Below are positions 40,071-42,228 of a stretch of DNA of 42,228 bases, one piece after another (within the stretch, counting starts at the first letter, position 1; each line of letters starts with the position of its first letter). The notes under the pieces are model-generated. The model had not been told where the DNA came from, searched no databases, and saw only the letters and a list, made by a program, of their open reading frames with translations. Both the position numbers and the translations under genes were made by a program. The stretch covers positions 1 through 42,228 of the IMG/VR virus record IMGVR_UViG_3300021438_000004. One strand, given 5' to 3'. This DNA comes from a virus.

Positions 40071-40389
40071 GGCTGAACTTAAGGAACTGGTCTGGACTGA
40101 AAAGGCTGTTGACCAGTTTGACTTAGATGTGTACGAAATCATTGATGAATTGTACATGTTGATGTTGAGTAAGCATGCAGATTATGGTCCATTAAATATC
40201 GCTAAATCTCCTGGTGGTCCTATCAATGGGCTACGTGTACGTATGTGGGACAAGATGGCACGCATCAACAATCTATTTGATAGTGGTGCAGAGGCTAAGC
40301 ATGAATCATTGGAAGACTCTTTCAAAGACCTAGCAAACTATGCAATCATCGGAATGATGGTTCTGAGAGGAAAATGGCCACAAGAATGA
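40036..40389 (+). CDS. DUF1599/MazG-like all-alpha protein (tentative), 108-117 aa
   Basis: HADYGPLNI..GLRVRMWDKMARINNL..ESLEDSFKDLANYAIIG matches my recollection of the DUF1599 pattern. Alternative start ATG 40063. Confidence 0.55.
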   Translation: MESKGYSKRMNKAELKELVWTEKAVDQFDLDVYEIIDELYMLMLSKHADYGPLNIAKSPGGPINGLRVRMWDKMARINNLFDSGAEAKHESLEDSFKDLANYAIIGMMVLRGKWPQE

Positions 40390-40469
40390 AATGGTTATTG
40401 TTAATCCCGATTGCATTGGGCACTTGGTATTGTATTACAACTTTTAACGACACTTGGAGAAGCAAATGA
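40386..40469 (+). CDS. Possible 27-aa hydrophobic micro-protein (MKWLLLIPIALGTWYCITTFNDTWRSK)
   Basis: ATGA overlaps at both ends link it to the flanking genes. No other support. Confidence 0.3.
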   Translation: MKWLLLIPIALGTWYCITTFNDTWRSK

Positions 40470-40774
40470 AAATATTTGGACCATACAAAGGCAGTAAACA
40501 AAACGGCGGACGTCCAATCTATGTGTTCAAGAGAAAGAAGAAAGATGGCACAACTGTCACTACTTCAAGTAACAAAGCACGAGTTGACTATGAGAAAGCA
40601 ACTGGCAAAACTTTACCTAAAAGTACTGATGTCGACCACAAGGATAATGGTGGACGTGCTGGTCATGATGGTAAGCGCAATCTTCAAACCATGTCTCACT
40701 CCAAGAACGTTGCCAAAGAAAACAAGCGACGTGCTGTGAAGAAGACCGTAAAGAAAGCAGCCAAGAAGAAGTGA
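40466..40774 (+). CDS. HNH endonuclease, about 102 aa
   Basis: ATG 40466 with GGAG 6 nt upstream. DVDHKDNGG...NLQTMSHSKN HNH motif. Lys-rich tail. Confidence 0.75.
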   Translation: MKIFGPYKGSKQNGGRPIYVFKRKKKDGTTVTTSSNKARVDYEKATGKTLPKSTDVDHKDNGGRAGHDGKRNLQTMSHSKNVAKENKRRAVKKTVKKAAKKK

Positions 40775-41511
40775 AAAATATAGTTTGCATCTCCGACTTG
40801 CAGGTACCGTATCACGATGTAGAAGCGACAAAGGCAGTGGCTAAGTTTATCCAGTGGTATCAACCTGAGACAGTCGTCTCATGTGGAGACGAAATGGATA
40901 TGCAGACAATTAGCAAGTGGTCTAAGGGCACTGAGTTAGAGTTTGAACGTTCTATTGGACGTGACAGAGACCTAACACGGCAAGTTCTGTACGACTTAAC
41001 AGTTGAGCACATGATTCGTAGTAATCATACTGACCGCTTGTTTAACACAGTTGCTATGCGTGCACCAGGGTTACTTGGTCTACCAGAGTTGCAACTAGAA
41101 AACTTCCTGGGTCTCGATGAACTTGAGATTCAGTATCATACAGACCCTTATGAGTTAGCACCTGGCTGGCTTCTCATGCATGGGGATGAAGGAAATGTGC
41201 AACCCACTGCTGGTGCGACTGCCTTGGGGCTAGCAAAGCGTTCAGGAATGAGCGTAGTGTGTGGTCACACGCACCGCATGGGGTTGACACATCAGACTCA
41301 AACTTATCGTGGTGGTAAGCCTAAGACTATCTGGGGTATGGAACTAGGTAATCTTATGGATTATCGTAATGCAAAGTACATCAAAGCAGGACTATTCACT
41401 TGGCAACAAGGGTTTGGTATCTTGCATGTTGATGGAAAGAATGTAACACCACAGTTAGTTCCAATTATTAACAACTCATTTACAGTGGATGGTAAGACAT
41501 TCAAGTGGTAG
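40771..41511 (+). CDS. Calcineurin-like metallophosphoesterase, 246 aa
   Basis: GTGA start overlap. DLQVPYHD, CGDEMD, MHGDEG and CGHTHR metal-ligand blocks in canonical order. Confidence 0.8.
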   Translation: MKNIVCISDLQVPYHDVEATKAVAKFIQWYQPETVVSCGDEMDMQTISKWSKGTELEFERSIGRDRDLTRQVLYDLTVEHMIRSNHTDRLFNTVAMRAPGLLGLPELQLENFLGLDELEIQYHTDPYELAPGWLLMHGDEGNVQPTAGATALGLAKRSGMSVVCGHTHRMGLTHQTQTYRGGKPKTIWGMELGNLMDYRNAKYIKAGLFTWQQGFGILHVDGKNVTPQLVPIINNSFTVDGKTFKW

Positions 41512-42209
41512 AAACTGAGAAGTATGAAAACCTTGTAGCACATATTGCTTATGAGTTCTCTCGTAAGTTTCACATGTGTGATGCTGATGACATCAGACAA
41601 GAACTATGGATTTGGTTTCTTGAGCATCCTAACAAAGTCAAACTGTGGGAAGCACTTGAAGGTAAGCAATCCACTAAACTAATTGCACGTTCACTACGCA
41701 ACGCTGCAAAGGATTACTGTCAGCGTGAGAAGGCTCGTGCTGTTGGTTACAAGGTAGACGATAACTATTACTATGACCGTGAGGTTGTAGAGTTGCTGTT
41801 ACCTGCAGTGCTACGCAAAGACTTGAATGCACCAGCCATGACTGAACTAGGGTTCACTAAGGCTAAGAAGGTTGCATCTGAGGGTGGTAACTGGTTTGCA
41901 ATGATGGCTGATATTGAGAGGTCATTGGAGCGACTAACTCAAGAACAGTTGAGTATCATCTACTTACGATTCGGAGATGGGTGCGATAACGCTAGCCTGG
42001 CAACAGAATTAGCCATCTCAGAGGATGCAGCACGTATGAGAGTTAACAGAGCAGTTAACAATCTATTAAATTTTCTTGGTGGTTCTAGACCACGCAAGGA
42101 GTGGGACTACACAGAGGAGCAAGTCAATGAGCAGATTAATGCAGATACACGAAGTGACGGAGATTTATCAGAAGTTGGAGACGAAGTTATCGGACAAGAC
42201 TTGGACTGA
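41505..42209 (+). CDS. Sigma-70-family (ECF-like) sigma factor, 234 aa
   Basis: Region-2-like DIRQELWIWFLEH. Region-4 HTH LTQEQLSIIYLRFGDGCDNASLATELAISEDAARMRVNRAVNNL. GTG start overlapping the previous stop. Confidence 0.78.
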   Translation: MVETEKYENLVAHIAYEFSRKFHMCDADDIRQELWIWFLEHPNKVKLWEALEGKQSTKLIARSLRNAAKDYCQREKARAVGYKVDDNYYYDREVVELLLPAVLRKDLNAPAMTELGFTKAKKVASEGGNWFAMMADIERSLERLTQEQLSIIYLRFGDGCDNASLATELAISEDAARMRVNRAVNNLLNFLGGSRPRKEWDYTEEQVNEQINADTRSDGDLSEVGDEVIGQDLD

Positions 42210-42228
42210 TACTCTTTCAGAAGACGAT
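42102..42228. repeat. Terminal direct repeat, copy 2 (identical to 1-127)
   Basis: See copy 1. Confidence 0.97.

Noticed and set aside
42127-42228. A second copy of the start of ORF 26-388 at the right end, counted as a separate gene
   Set aside because: It is the same locus, duplicated by the 127-bp terminal overlap.

Overview
This window is a complete tailed dsDNA phage genome. Bases 1-127 are identical to 42102-42228, so the unit is 42101 bp and closes on itself. All calls come from reading the sequence and ORF track by eye; no homology search was run, and no tRNA, CRISPR array, integrase or DNA polymerase was recognised.

Host and lifestyle (inference): WhiB, a PT/PS/PE-rich exported protein and a CHAP endolysin with r1t-type holins point to an actinobacterial host. 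Window GC looks low to mid 40s % by eye. The lack of an integrase or repressor suggests a lytic phage. The lack of a tape measure or tail tube suggests a podovirus-like virion.

Layout:
1. A minus-strand arm (about 5600 down to 560) of tiny ORFs, WhiB and an enzyme pair.
2. A long plus-strand virion and lysis arm (6017-35029), ending in a strong terminator.
3. A two-gene minus-strand cassette (35220-35575).
4. A plus-strand replication and regulation arm (35809-42209). It runs through the junction into 26-522 and meets the minus arm at a shared terminator.

Most interesting observations:
- An amidoligase fused to a zinc-ribbon array sits next to an Ntn/class II GATase-like hydrolase with its own Cys-rich tail.
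- A 15-19 bp palindrome, GGTCGG-AAW-CCGACC, occurs 8 times and only in the minus arm, mostly just upstream of ribosome-binding sites.
- A direct-repeat family, CCRACACAAA, flanks a GC-rich, terminator-insulated single-gene cassette.
- A DnaG-type primase is split across two reading frames.
- Other items: two paralogous fibres with a glycosyltransferase among them, a chain of Lys-rich micro-proteins, a 1930-aa virion protein, and a signal-peptide plus C-terminal-anchor Pro-rich protein in the lysis cassette.
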